The position numbers were made by a program, and so were the translations under genes. Below are positions 18,335-28,883 of a stretch of DNA of 54,083 nt, piece by piece. Position 1 is the first letter of the stretch; each line of letters starts with the position of its first letter. Source of the stretch: Blastocatellia bacterium (GTDB lineage: Bacteria > Acidobacteriota > Blastocatellia > RBC074); the NCBI GenBank assembly GCA_043719385.1, contig JAYSTY010000534.1, forward strand, positions 1-54,083. The letters run 5' to 3'. A model generated the notes under the pieces. That model was not told where the DNA came from, did not search any database, and saw only the letters and a list, made by a program, of their open reading frames with translations.

Positions 18335-21300
18335 TGGATTTGTTTCTTTACCATCAATCGTCAGCACAATATCCACCTCTCCGCGTCCCGCCAGAGTTTT
18401 GGGGATTTTGACGTTTATCTGGTCAACTCCGACAAAACAACAATGCGCCCCGGCATATAAACCTTCGGCATTCACCTCGCCAATTTTTGCCGTGACCTGG
18501 GCTAAGCCGCTTCGATTGCGAATGCCTGTCCCATAAATTTCCAGGAACAAATCATCCGCTCCCAAAATTAATTCTCTGGCGACATATTTATTTTCGGCGG
18601 CGAGGTAAAGCGCCGTTTGCTCAAAGCTGCGATCTCCGTTCGGTTTAATGCGTAAGACCGAGGCCGCCAGCACACCAGCGCCATCGGCAGAGGCGGCGAA
18701 GATGCCCGGCACGACTTTAGTAATTTCGACTGTTCCGGTGGAGATGGAACCTGCGCCGCTGGTGATTGTCACGGACGCAATTCCCTCGGCAACGCCTTTT
18801 GGGACTTGCCAGTTCACTTGTTGTGCCGCCACAAAGAACAGCGGGGCCAGAAATTCCGTTCCCAGGGAATCTTTGATTTTTACTGTCGTTCCGGCCAGCG
18901 TTGTCGGCAAGGGGATGCCAGCGGCGACCTGCGTGCTGGTGGCGAGGCCTGCACCAAAGCTGGACGCGATGCCTTCCGGCGTGAGTTTCGTGCCGATAAA
19001 ATTTGCGGCGTTCGTTGTGACGATTTTGTTCGCCGTGAAACAATTGTTGCGATTCAGCAACGCCATCACTGTGTTGGTGTCGAAATTTCCGACGCCAATA
19101 TCAGGCTTGCCATCACCGTTGAAATCTCCCAGCGCGATTGCTCCTGACCTTTGGAAAGTGGGGAACAGCGCAGCATTAAAAAACGAATTACCAACCCCAC
19201 CGCGGACAATTGCGATATTGCCGCTGACAAAACTTGAAACAAGAATATCCTTGCGCCCATCGCCGTTAACGTCGCCAATGACAATGAATTTTGGTTCTGC
19301 TCCGGTTGCAATATTCACTGGCGCACCAAAGCTGCCATTCGCGTTGGCGTATAAAACATTCACTGCATTTCGATTGGACGTGCAACGTTCGGTGAAAACT
19401 AAATCTGTCCGACCGTCGCCATTCAGATCGCTGGCGTACAATTTATCCGGCCCCACGGGCAGATCGGAAATGACCGGATCACCAAAGACGCCATTGCCTT
19501 CACCAGGTAACATCACCAATTTTGTATCCGTACAGACTCCAAACTTGTATGCCTGAACAATCGCAATATCGTTTTCGCCGTCACCGTTGAAATCTCCCTG
19601 GGTAAAAGTAAACGTAGACCTGATGTTGCCGGGAGGAGCCAGGCCAGTGACTGTTTCCGTAAACACACCTTTGCCGTCGCCGGTCATAATTGCCAGCGTG
19701 TTATCACTGGTTTTCACCAGCAAATCCAAATTTCCATCCTGATTGAAATCTGCTATTTCAAAATCATTCGGAAAGGAATTCAATGGAACGATCCAGCTTG
19801 TCGGGAAAGCGCCTTTACCATCTCCGAGGTAAATTTTAATGGTACTGGCATTTCCGGCGAGAATCGCCAGATCAGGGTTACCATCGCGATTAAAATCTCG
19901 CACCTGCACTGCCTGCGGTGTAATTTCGCTGTTGACTGGCGCGGTGATTTTGAAGCCACCAATGCCATTACCCAACAAGGTAGCGAAGCGTCCGCCACCC
20001 GCCATCGCCCATAAATCATCAGCCCCGTCGCGATTAAAATCGGCGGCTAACAATTGCTGGATTCCGTCTCCACCAAGGTTGGGATTGGCCGGAAATGCAA
20101 CGTTAAGACGTGGCGCGTTCAGCCCGCCATCTCGTGTGCCGCGCAACACTGCCCAGCCTATAGATTGAGTTTGGATCACAGTGAAAGTGCCTGCTACTAA
20201 AATATCCAACCGCCCATCGCCGTCGGCGTCCAGTACGCTCATCGTTGAATTTTTCATTCCTGAACTGTAAGTCACGAGTTCACCAAATGTTCCGTCACCA
20301 TTGCCGATGCGAATCAAAACACCTTCCTGGCTCAGCCCAAGCAAGTCTTGTTTGCCATCGGCATTGATGTCCGCTGCCGCTATATTGAGCGCGCCAGGCA
20401 TCTCGTAAACCTGAGAACTGATTGTCTCCTGACCTAATAAAGCGTAAATACGTCCGTTATACAGATAAGCGTAATCACTTTTTCCGTCACGGTTGAAGTC
20501 GGCTACGACGGAAGCCACGGCATTAATCGGTGCGCTTCCCATCGCGGAAACAAAGCCGCCTGCTCCGTCACCAGGCAAAATTCGCACCCCGTTGTTCCGC
20601 GTTCCCAGCAATGCGTCCAGTTTGCCATCGCCGTTGAAATCTCCGACTTCGACCTGGATAACCGGATCGAAAAACGACAATGGGTCGCCGACTCCTTTTC
20701 CCGTGGCAAATGTTCCATCGCCATTTCCCGGATAGACCGCCGCAATATTTTCCGGGGTTCCACCATTAGTGCTGGAATTGCCAACCAGCAAATCAACTTT
20801 CTTGTCGCCATTGAAATCGCCCAGCGCCACCCAGTTGGGATTCGTACCGGCTTTGAATGTTCTTGGTGCAGCAAAACCGCCCATACCATTGCCAAACAAA
20901 AGATAGATATTGTTATCCGTGCTGTTATTGACGAAGACTAAATCCATTTTGCCGTCTCCATTCACATCACCACTGTGAAGCGATTTGGGCTGGACGCCGG
21001 AAAGAATTACGGTCGCAAGCTGGTTGAAGTTGCCTTTGCCGTCATTGAGCGAAAGTGAAACTGTTTGATCCGGTGGTGAAATCATTGCCACGTCTACGAA
21101 GCCATCACCATTAAAATCCCGATTGACAAATTGTGTGGCTGCCACATAAGCAGTGGCAACCGCAGGCAGATTGAATTCCACACCGTTACAAGGGGAAACC
21201 TCCTGCATCACGGTGAAGGTTTTTCCGGCAACTGTGATGGTTCCACTACGCGGCGCGGCGGTTGGATCAACCGTGAAAGAAACTGCACCGCTATGCGTCC

Positions 21301-24300
21301 CACTCGTTGGCGAGGTGAGCTTTATCCATGCAGCATTGCTGCGCGCAGTCCACTGGCATTGCGGGTCGGGACTCGCAATTTGAATACTGCCTGCGCCACC
21401 AACATTAGCAAATAATTGATTGACAGGCATCAGTGTGAAATCACACAGCACCGCCGTAAAATTTACGGTCTGATCTTTATTCAAATTATTTAGAGTTTGA
21501 CTCGGTGGATTGAAGACATAGCCTTTGCGCGTCGGCGTAATTGTAAGGTTGCTATTCAATGGTAATTCCAGAAATTGATACGCCCCATCCACGCTCGTCG
21601 TCGTGGTCGCAGCATTCCCTGTTAACTTAATTGCAACTTTGCCAACGCCTTCACCGCTTGCCAACGCGACACGCCCCAGAATGGAAGGCTTGTCAGAAAT
21701 CTTCGTGCTTTGTGACGCCGAATTATTTCCAGTCGTAGCATCAAAAGTGCTGCTGGTCACACTTGCCTGATTGGTAATTGTCCCGACTACATTGGGCGTC
21801 AACGTCAGCGTGATCGTCACCTTTGCATTTTGTTCGAGCGTACCGAGGTTGCAGATCAGCGGCCCCGTTCCGGTACAATTCCCCTGATTTGTGATGATTG
21901 AGCCAACGGTAACATTGGCTGGCAGTGTATCCGTCACTACGACGTTATTCGCAGTGTCCGGCCCGTTATTCGTTACCGTTAAATTATAGGTAAATTCATT
22001 GCCAACCATCACCGGATCGCGTGAATCTGTCATCGTAAGAGAAACATCTGCTGCCGTAGTCAGCTTGGCGATAAACACATCGCTATTGCGATTTTGCGCT
22101 AATGGGTTAACCGTTGGAAAATCAAGCGAATTGGTAAGTCCGGTGAGATAAGCATTCCCGACAGCATCCACTGCAATCGCATTCGCCTGGTCAGAAGAAC
22201 GACCACCAAGAAATGTTGAGTACAGAATTTTCGTTCCTGCACCATCCAGTTTGGTTGCAAACGCATCATTGTTGAGGCCAAAATTGGGGCCGTTAAGCTG
22301 GCTCTGGTACGCATTCACCAGGGGAAAATTGGGCGAATTGGTGACGCCGGCTACATACACATCGCCAGTTTTATCAAGCGCAATCCCAAGCCCCTGATCG
22401 GTGATTTGCCCGCCCAGATACGTCGAGAATAAGAGCGTTTTCCCATCACTGCTGAGCTTTGTGACAAACGCGTCAGAAGAACCACCGAGCGTATTCATAA
22501 CAGCTTTAACAGTGGGGAAATTAAATGAAAAGGTAAACCCTGTGAGATATGCCTCCCCGGCAGCATTGACAGCGATTCCCCGTCCTTGATCGTCACTTAT
22601 TCCGCCAAGAAAAGTGGAATAAACTAATGCTGTTCCTGTAGCGTTGACCTTGCTAACAACTACATCTCTAAACGGAGAATTATTAGGCTGGATTGGATTA
22701 ACAGTGGGGTAGTTTGAGGAGTTACTACTGCCAATCAGGTAGGCATTATTATCTTTGTCGAGCGCAATGCCGCGTTCCTCATCATCTTCATTGCCACCTA
22801 AATAACTCAAATAGCTCAACCCTGATCCGGCGGGATTTACTTTTGCTACAAACCCATCATTACCAATAAATGTGCCCGCGTATATTTTTGCAGGTGTGGT
22901 CGGATCAAGCGCCAGAGCCTGCACGTTAATATTATTCAGACCATCCGAAATACGGTTCCAGTTAACACCAGCATCACTGGATTTAAATACCCCGCCGATA
23001 TTCGTTCCAGCATAGATTGTTCCAGAAATGATCGGATCAGTTGCCAGTGAATTCGCTATCAGCGGGGCAGACGATCCATTGATATTTACCCTTAACCCAT
23101 TCGACACGACTTCCCAGCCTACTCCTCCATTGACAGTTTTATATACGCCGCCCTGCCCTGTCGTCGGACTTGCATACAGAATTGAAGGATTTGTCTTATC
23201 AATAACCAGCGACGCAATTTCGCTCGGTAATTGTCCCGATAATTGCAAACCGTTACTGAACGTTGTCCAGGTGCTGCCACCATCTGTCGTTTTGAAAACA
23301 CCATTGACTGTTCCCGCATACACGATCATTGGTGCATTTGGATCAACCACTAATTCTGTAATTCGAATCTGCGCCGCCGTTAGCGGTTGGTAATTCAAAC
23401 CGAAATTCATCGCCGTCCAGGTTTCTCCGCCATCCGTAGTTTTATAAAGTCCTGAACTTGTTCCAGCATAAAGAGTGTCCGGCTGCTTAGGATCAATCAC
23501 CAACGCGTTGACTAATGGAGGAACATTATTTTGCAGCAGTCCGGTATTTTTCGCTACCCAGGTTGCGCCGTCGTCAGTACTCTTATAAACCCCTGATCCC
23601 CCCCCATACACGATGCCTGGATTTTTGGGGTTAATGGCAAAGGAAGTCACGAGCGGAAAGCTGGTACTCGTAAAAGGTGGAAGTGAAAGCGGTTGCCAGA
23701 GTGCTCCTTCATTGATGGTTCGATAGCTGCCTGAATTCGTACTCAAATAGACAATGTTGGGATAGGTCGGATTCACGGCGATAGCATTGGTAAGACTTCC
23801 TACCAGGTTATTATTATTGCTCGCCCACGCGCCGCCGCCGTTGAGTGTTTTATAGGCGAGTGCGCCATTTCTGGTCGTCTGTATTCCTGTCGCTGGTAGA
23901 TCAGAAGAATCGGTACGCCCGGCAATATAAGCACTCCCCGCGCTGTCAACGGCAATCGCTGTTGCGGCATCTCTGCCAGTTCCCCCTAAATAACTTGAAT
24001 AAACAAGCGCCGTTCCCGCAGCATTAATTTTAGTAATGAAGGCATCGCTCAGCCCTTTAAATGTTGGCTGTAGTGCACCGTTCGTGATTGGAAAATCTGC
24101 CGAACTTGTCACCCCGGTAACATACGCATTACCCGCCGCATCAAGTGCAATGCCATTCGCAGTGTCAGAGCCTGCGCCACCCAGATATGTTGCATACACA
24201 ATGGCGGAACCAGCCGCATTCAGCTTTAAGACAAAAGCATCGTTCACATTATTCTTAACTGGCTGAAGAGTCCCCGCGACCGGAAAATCAGTCGAAAATG

Positions 24301-25219
24301 TGTCGCCCGTAATATAAGCATTGCCATCTTTATCCACCGCAATTCCTGATCCCTGCTCAATACTGGTGCCACCAATAAACGTTGAATATTCCAGAATCGG
24401 ATCAATCACCAGCGGCAGGCTGTGATTATATTTGCCGATTTGAAAGCCTACACGTTTACGACCTTGCCGGATGTAGCGCCCCTGAATTTCACGTCGTTTC
24501 CCTTGTACCGTTTGGTAAATCACTGGCTTGAGCTGTCGCACCACGCCATTTTTTGTATGCAGCACAAGCTGACCCTGCTGATCAATCTGGATTGCCTGCA
24601 CACCCTCGAACGCCATTTGAATGGGGCGGACATCGGCGCCTGGTGCGAGCACAAAATCATACTCAAACCGGCCCTGCTGACCGTAATAAATCAGGTCTAC
24701 GCCAGGGTAAAGATTTTGATATTTCACTTTGGCAAACGTCGCTACATTCGTTTGCCATCGGGTCGGATCATTGCCCACGAAATAATTACTTTTGCCCGGC
24801 AATGCGTCTTCGCCCTGCAGCGCTGCTTCCGTATTTGCGCCAACAAATTTTAGGACTAGCTCTGTTTCCTGTTCTGCCTGCCGTCGCAGGCGCAATACGG
24901 CCTGCCCCGGCAACAGCGACAAATTGTAGCCCTGCCCACGGGCGATGAATTTTGTCGGCGCGGCGGCCTGTCCCTGATTGGCTTCAAACTGCAACGGCAA
25001 TTTGCCATAAAGTTCTCTTATCCGCGCCGTTCGCTTTGGATCATTATCAGGCGGCAGTAAGGCAGCGGCGCGTGATACCGCCTGTGCGCTGGCCGGTGTA
25101 TCTCGTTTAGCCTGGACAACAGACACCCCCCACAAAATTAGCGCCGTGCTGAAAATTGTGATGGCAAGGGCGAGGGCAGGCGAGGGCATAAGACGAAATG
25201 CGCTAAAGTTAGTTTTCAC
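18314..25219 (-). CDS. 2301-aa secreted multi-repeat surface protein: SBBP propeller, BNR/VPS10-like propeller, DUF11, BACON-like, FG-GAP/VCBS repeats, TIGR03437-like C-terminus
   Basis: LPLQFEANQGQ...LVIDPILEYSTFIGG; repeated IAVD..GNAY.TG.T.S.DFP; YKTTDGG.TW boxes; YNLTVTNNGPD.A.NVVVTDTLP; many GDFNGDGK.D repeats; terminal LPTTLAGTTV...PLFFV...PGIF...YGTGIR...GVDQIN. Confidence 0.88.
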   Translation of the reverse strand: MKTNFSAFRLMPSPALALAITIFSTALILWGVSVVQAKRDTPASAQAVSRAAALLPPDNDPKRTARIRELYGKLPLQFEANQGQAAAPTKFIARGQGYNLSLLPGQAVLRLRRQAEQETELVLKFVGANTEAALQGEDALPGKSNYFVGNDPTRWQTNVATFAKVKYQNLYPGVDLIYYGQQGRFEYDFVLAPGADVRPIQMAFEGVQAIQIDQQGQLVLHTKNGVVRQLKPVIYQTVQGKRREIQGRYIRQGRKRVGFQIGKYNHSLPLVIDPILEYSTFIGGTSIEQGSGIAVDKDGNAYITGDTFSTDFPVAGTLQPVKNNVNDAFVLKLNAAGSAIVYATYLGGAGSDTANGIALDAAGNAYVTGVTSSADFPITNGALQPTFKGLSDAFITKINAAGTALVYSSYLGGTGRDAATAIAVDSAGSAYIAGRTDSSDLPATGIQTTRNGALAYKTLNGGGAWASNNNNLVGSLTNAIAVNPTYPNIVYLSTNSGSYRTINEGALWQPLSLPPFTSTSFPLVTSFAINPKNPGIVYGGGSGVYKSTDDGATWVAKNTGLLQNNVPPLVNALVIDPKQPDTLYAGTSSGLYKTTDGGETWTAMNFGLNYQPLTAAQIRITELVVDPNAPMIVYAGTVNGVFKTTDGGSTWTTFSNGLQLSGQLPSEIASLVIDKTNPSILYASPTTGQGGVYKTVNGGVGWEVVSNGLRVNINGSSAPLIANSLATDPIISGTIYAGTNIGGVFKSSDAGVNWNRISDGLNNINVQALALDPTTPAKIYAGTFIGNDGFVAKVNPAGSGLSYLSYLGGNEDDEERGIALDKDNNAYLIGSSNSSNYPTVNPIQPNNSPFRDVVVSKVNATGTALVYSTFLGGISDDQGRGIAVNAAGEAYLTGFTFSFNFPTVKAVMNTLGGSSDAFVTKLSSDGKTLLFSTYLGGQITDQGLGIALDKTGDVYVAGVTNSPNFPLVNAYQSQLNGPNFGLNNDAFATKLDGAGTKILYSTFLGGRSSDQANAIAVDAVGNAYLTGLTNSLDFPTVNPLAQNRNSDVFIAKLTTAADVSLTMTDSRDPVMVGNEFTYNLTVTNNGPDTANNVVVTDTLPANVTVGSIITNQGNCTGTGPLICNLGTLEQNAKVTITLTLTPNVVGTITNQASVTSSTFDATTGNNSASQSTKISDKPSILGRVALASGEGVGKVAIKLTGNAATTTTSVDGAYQFLELPLNSNLTITPTRKGYVFNPPSQTLNNLNKDQTVNFTAVLCDFTLMPVNQLFANVGGAGSIQIASPDPQCQWTARSNAAWIKLTSPTSGTHSGAVSFTVDPTAAPRSGTITVAGKTFTVMQEVSPCNGVEFNLPAVATAYVAATQFVNRDFNGDGFVDVAMISPPDQTVSLSLNDGKGNFNQLATVILSGVQPKSLHSGDVNGDGKMDLVFVNNSTDNNIYLLFGNGMGGFAAPRTFKAGTNPNWVALGDFNGDKKVDLLVGNSSTNGGTPENIAAVYPGNGDGTFATGKGVGDPLSFFDPVIQVEVGDFNGDGKLDALLGTRNNGVRILPGDGAGGFVSAMGSAPINAVASVVADFNRDGKSDYAYLYNGRIYALLGQETISSQVYEMPGALNIAAADINADGKQDLLGLSQEGVLIRIGNGDGTFGELVTYSSGMKNSTMSVLDADGDGRLDILVAGTFTVIQTQSIGWAVLRGTRDGGLNAPRLNVAFPANPNLGGDGIQQLLAADFNRDGADDLWAMAGGGRFATLLGNGIGGFKITAPVNSEITPQAVQVRDFNRDGNPDLAILAGNASTIKIYLGDGKGAFPTSWIVPLNSFPNDFEIADFNQDGNLDLLVKTSDNTLAIMTGDGKGVFTETVTGLAPPGNIRSTFTFTQGDFNGDGENDIAIVQAYKFGVCTDTKLVMLPGEGNGVFGDPVISDLPVGPDKLYASDLNGDGRTDLVFTERCTSNRNAVNVLYANANGSFGAPVNIATGAEPKFIVIGDVNGDGRKDILVSSFVSGNIAIVRGGVGNSFFNAALFPTFQRSGAIALGDFNGDGKPDIGVGNFDTNTVMALLNRNNCFTANKIVTTNAANFIGTKLTPEGIASSFGAGLATSTQVAAGIPLPTTLAGTTVKIKDSLGTEFLAPLFFVAAQQVNWQVPKGVAEGIASVTITSGAGSISTGTVEITKVVPGIFAASADGAGVLAASVLRIKPNGDRSFEQTALYLAAENKYVARELILGADDLFLEIYGTGIRNRSGLAQVTAKIGEVNAEGLYAGAHCCFVGVDQINVKIPKTLAGRGEVDIVLTIDGKETNPLRLNIK

Positions 25220-25785
25220 TGTTTAATCTCCAGGTTGTATTTGATCCAGGGTTAAGCGGCTGAACCTTGTGTCTTATCAGTACGGTCTCAATCCTTTGTG
25301 AAAATTATTATGGCTTGAGTAAATTATTTTTCAGGGGCATTTCAGTTGCGAAGGGGCAAGGCAACAACAGAAATTACAGATAAAATCTGAGTGAAAATAG
25401 CAATCTTTTTATGACGGGCGCAGTCTATGCGAAATTTAACAAAACCGTCAACCTCCAAATTTGTAATTCTCAAGCGCGACCAGCAACACGATCCGGCGGC
25501 GGGAATTTGTCTTCTTTCATAAGACGAACAGCGTTGGCTGTCTACAATACTTGCCGCGCTTGCGTTATAGTAAACAACAGCCCGTGATTGATGTATGAAC
25601 TCGGTAGCGCTGCCCCGACTTATCGAAACGGCGCAAGTTTTTTGTCTGTTTGTTAGTCTTACACACGCGGCGCAACTAAAAAATAATTTCTCCTGTTACC
25701 AAATTTGAATGATACAGACGGTTTACCCGCTGTAATGGAATTAACGGCAAGCTGTGTCCGGGCAGATTTTTTTGGCGGTTTAATT

Positions 25786-27234
25786 ATGAAAAATATCAAG
25801 TCACTTCTCCTTCTTACTTTCATCGGTATTTTACCAATCCATCTGTTTGCCCAGCCTGTTCGCTTTGAATTGGGGCAGCGCACGCGTGCCCTGGAAATTG
25901 CATGGGATGCGCAACCTGATGCTGCCGCTCGCAAGCGTGCCTCTGCGTATGTGAAGCAGGCCGTGACTTTATTTTTTGCTTTCAAGCTTAATGAAGCGGC
26001 GAAGAATTTGGATCAGGCGCGGTTCGCTTTGAAGTCGGCTGCGCCGTTGTCGCCCGAAGTGCAGTGGGCTGAATCATTGTATGTTTTGCCGGAAAGCCGC
26101 TTGCTTGATAAAACCGCGCCAGCCCTGGCTTTCACGCTGGATAAATTTTATCCCACGACCGAAACAATTCCACCCGGCGCAGTGCTGAAGCTTAGTTTCT
26201 CGCAGGCGAATAAAGCGAAGACAATTGATTTTCCCCTTACGAGTTTACCGTTGACGGAAAAGCTGCCGCTGTTTTTTGCGAAAACTGCTGACGGTGATTT
26301 CACCCTGACAGCAAAAATTGTGATTGGGAATAAGGTTCTGGCTGTCAGTGAACAAACAATTTCTTTCGTGGAAAATCTCGCCGCACGAATTGAAAAATTG
26401 CGTCCGATGATTTACGGACTGATGCCCAGCGGGACACAGCCGCAAACAATGAAAGACCTGACAATTCTGCTTGATTCTCTGGTGCGCAAGAAAACGCTGG
26501 AGACAAATTTTCCGGCGGCCAGATTGCTGAATGAAGTCGAGGCGGCGCATAAAACCAGTGGCGATTTTTACGGCAAAGCGAAGCCTGGGCAATTCTGGCT
26601 GACGCTGGCGCTGGCACAGGGGATTTTGCCGGTCAGAATGCTGGCTCCTGTCGCCGTCAAACAAAACAAACCGTTGCCGCTGGTCATCGCCCTGCACGGT
26701 GCGGGTGGTAGCGAGAATATGTTTTTTGATACTTATGGCCACGGCACAATTGCGCAACTGTGCGAACAACGCGGTTGGTTGCTGGTTTCCCCGCGCGGCA
26801 CCGGGATGAAGCCCGAACGCGTCGCCGAAATTATTGACGCCGTGGCCCGGTTTTATCCAGTTGATACGAAGCGCGTCTTTGTGATTGGACATTCGATGGG
26901 CGCCGGACAGGCGGTTGCGGCGGCGCAATTAAATCCTGAAAAATTTGCGGCGGTCGCGGCGCTGGGCGGTGGCGGAGGAATTCGCAATCCATCAGAAGCA
27001 CTGAAAAAACTGCCCTTTTTTATCGGCATCGGCACCGAGGATTTTGCGCTGAAAAATGCCAAAGGCTTGAACGAAGGATTACAAAAAGCCGAAGTCAAAC
27101 AAATCAATTACCGCGAATATCCTGACATTGAGCATTTAATCATTGTGCAGGTTGCGCTCAAAGATGTCTTCGCCTTTTTTGCCGCGAGCCAGCCGCGCAC
27201 TGAACAGGGCAGCGGCAAGGCCGGTAGTCATTGA
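25786..27234 (+). CDS. Exported alpha/beta-hydrolase (esterase-like C-terminal domain)
   Basis: Start re-assigned to MKNIKSLLLL (signal peptide); PLPLVIALHGAGG and GHSMG motifs, terminal His in DIEHL. Confidence 0.8.
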   Translation: MKNIKSLLLLTFIGILPIHLFAQPVRFELGQRTRALEIAWDAQPDAAARKRASAYVKQAVTLFFAFKLNEAAKNLDQARFALKSAAPLSPEVQWAESLYVLPESRLLDKTAPALAFTLDKFYPTTETIPPGAVLKLSFSQANKAKTIDFPLTSLPLTEKLPLFFAKTADGDFTLTAKIVIGNKVLAVSEQTISFVENLAARIEKLRPMIYGLMPSGTQPQTMKDLTILLDSLVRKKTLETNFPAARLLNEVEAAHKTSGDFYGKAKPGQFWLTLALAQGILPVRMLAPVAVKQNKPLPLVIALHGAGGSENMFFDTYGHGTIAQLCEQRGWLLVSPRGTGMKPERVAEIIDAVARFYPVDTKRVFVIGHSMGAGQAVAAAQLNPEKFAAVAALGGGGGIRNPSEALKKLPFFIGIGTEDFALKNAKGLNEGLQKAEVKQINYREYPDIEHLIIVQVALKDVFAFFAASQPRTEQGSGKAGSH

Positions 27235-27321
27235 ATTGTTGGCGAGTTTATTCTAATCTGCGTCTGCTGCTCGCAAAGATGGTCGTGACCGACCGCGAGT
27301 TTTTCAAATAAGGTTCCCCCT

Positions 27322-27981
27322 ATGGAAAAACTAAGCGTCCCCCTGGCGTTAGTAGATTTCGTTGCCTTTGCGCTTTCCACAATTGGTTTTATTTGTTTGA
27401 CCCGCATGATTGCCACGATCAATCGTGAATGCGGAGTGCTGGCTTTAGTGGGCTTATTACAGATCACACTGGGTGGCTTTGCTAAAGCGCTGTGGCAAAT
27501 CCTGCTGGTAACGACGAACACGCATCCGGTTGTGTTGAATAATCTCCAGTTTATTTTGCTGGCCCCTGGCATTGTTTGTCTGACCTGGGCGCTCTGGAAT
27601 TTATTTCGGGCCAGTGGGCGCGTTCCGGTCTGGGTCGTGCCGGTAATTATTATCACCGCCGCCGAGGGAGCCGCCGCCATCAGGGTTTTGTCAAAAGGTG
27701 GCAACGGGTGGTTTATCGTTCTGGTTGGCGTTGCAACAGTAGCAAATATAAGCGCCAGTCTTTTACTGATTCGGGAATCGTGGCGCCGTGGCGTGACACT
27801 CGTGGCGGTGTTGTTTGCCTTCAATCTGGTAGTGATGTTGGGACAACTGGGAATGGCTCGCATTGTGAATCGTCCGGTGACTTTTCAGTGGATGGAACAT
27901 CTCAATAATCTTTTTGCGTGGCTCGCCTTTGCTTATGCTAGTTGGAAATTAGACCGCCACATCACCGGACGAAGATTTTAA
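27322..27981 (+). CDS. Uncharacterised polytopic membrane protein (~7 TM)
   Basis: 219 aa, made almost entirely of hydrophobic helices. Confidence 0.75.
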   Translation: MEKLSVPLALVDFVAFALSTIGFICLTRMIATINRECGVLALVGLLQITLGGFAKALWQILLVTTNTHPVVLNNLQFILLAPGIVCLTWALWNLFRASGRVPVWVVPVIIITAAEGAAAIRVLSKGGNGWFIVLVGVATVANISASLLLIRESWRRGVTLVAVLFAFNLVVMLGQLGMARIVNRPVTFQWMEHLNNLFAWLAFAYASWKLDRHITGRRF

Positions 27982-28106
27982 TCACAAGCTAAGAAAAAAA
28001 TATTACCCTGCCCGAAAAATAAAGCTCATAATGAGCATGCGCATCCCCTGCCTCATTGAAAATAAAAAATAACACTATCGAAAAAAAAGCTCCTGGAGGG
28101 ATTCGG

Positions 28107-28775
28107 ATGGCCTCAACTGTATTTCCGTTACTTACCTTTATTCTTTTTGTGTTGCTGATTTGGGCAGCCATCATGTTTTATAAAAACCCAAGCTGGGCGC
28201 TGGCAATGCTGATCCCGCTGCTGGCCTGGTTGATTTATGACGCGCTGGTGCTTGTGGTGGGGAACGCTCTGGGCGAGGGAGCCTTGCTCGAAATGCTGAC
28301 CCGCTTGCGCTATTTGTTGCGCGCCGTAATGACGCCATTTTTGCTGATTGTCGCTTTCGATCAGGCCAGTCGCGCCAAAGTTCGCCTGACCGCTGATCCG
28401 CTGGCTTCATTAGTTGTTTGGGGCATTGTCATTGCGCTGGTCATATTAGGAATTGCCAAAATATTTTCGGGCTTTGGGTTGGAACCAGTCGTGCTCGAAG
28501 GCCTCACCCGCTATAAAGAAGTCGAATCTTTCGGCACGCCATATTCCGCTCTTGTGACGATGGTGCTGCTGATAATTTTTGGCGGTCTGGTTTTCCTCAA
28601 AACTCGCACGCCCTGGCAATTGCTCGCCGCGTTATTGATGCTTGCCAGTCTGGTTATTTCGGCTTCATCATCACCTTCGTTTATGCCCGCCGCCGCGAGT
28701 GTGATGCTGGTGCTGGGCTTTTTGCTGACAGAAAAGAAACTGCAAAAAATCTCACCCAATTCGGCTGGTCACTAA
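28107..28775 (+). CDS. Uncharacterised polytopic membrane protein (~7 TM)
   Basis: GGAGG RBS before ATG 28107 (MASTVFPLL); multiple hydrophobic helices. Confidence 0.75.
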   Translation: MASTVFPLLTFILFVLLIWAAIMFYKNPSWALAMLIPLLAWLIYDALVLVVGNALGEGALLEMLTRLRYLLRAVMTPFLLIVAFDQASRAKVRLTADPLASLVVWGIVIALVILGIAKIFSGFGLEPVVLEGLTRYKEVESFGTPYSALVTMVLLIIFGGLVFLKTRTPWQLLAALLMLASLVISASSSPSFMPAAASVMLVLGFLLTEKKLQKISPNSAGH

Positions 28776-28883
28776 ATATTCTAGTCTCGTGGAAATTCTG
28801 CCATCACTCAGGCTATTTCCAGCCAGCAACGGCTGAGCTATTATCACGCATCCCTGACAGGACATTTTTTTAGGAGAAATAAT

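Noticed and set aside
18648-19556. 302-aa plus-strand ORF and the many other short antisense ORFs in the track (e.g. 9648-10337, 26245-26928)
   Set aside because: They lie wholly or largely opposite well-supported genes, lack motifs or RBSs, and look like shadow frames.
25220-25785. Small gene or riboswitch in the 566-bp divergent intergenic region
   Set aside because: Only a very short minus-strand ORF (MKEDKFPPPDRVAGRA*) and no recognisable RNA motif; insufficient support.
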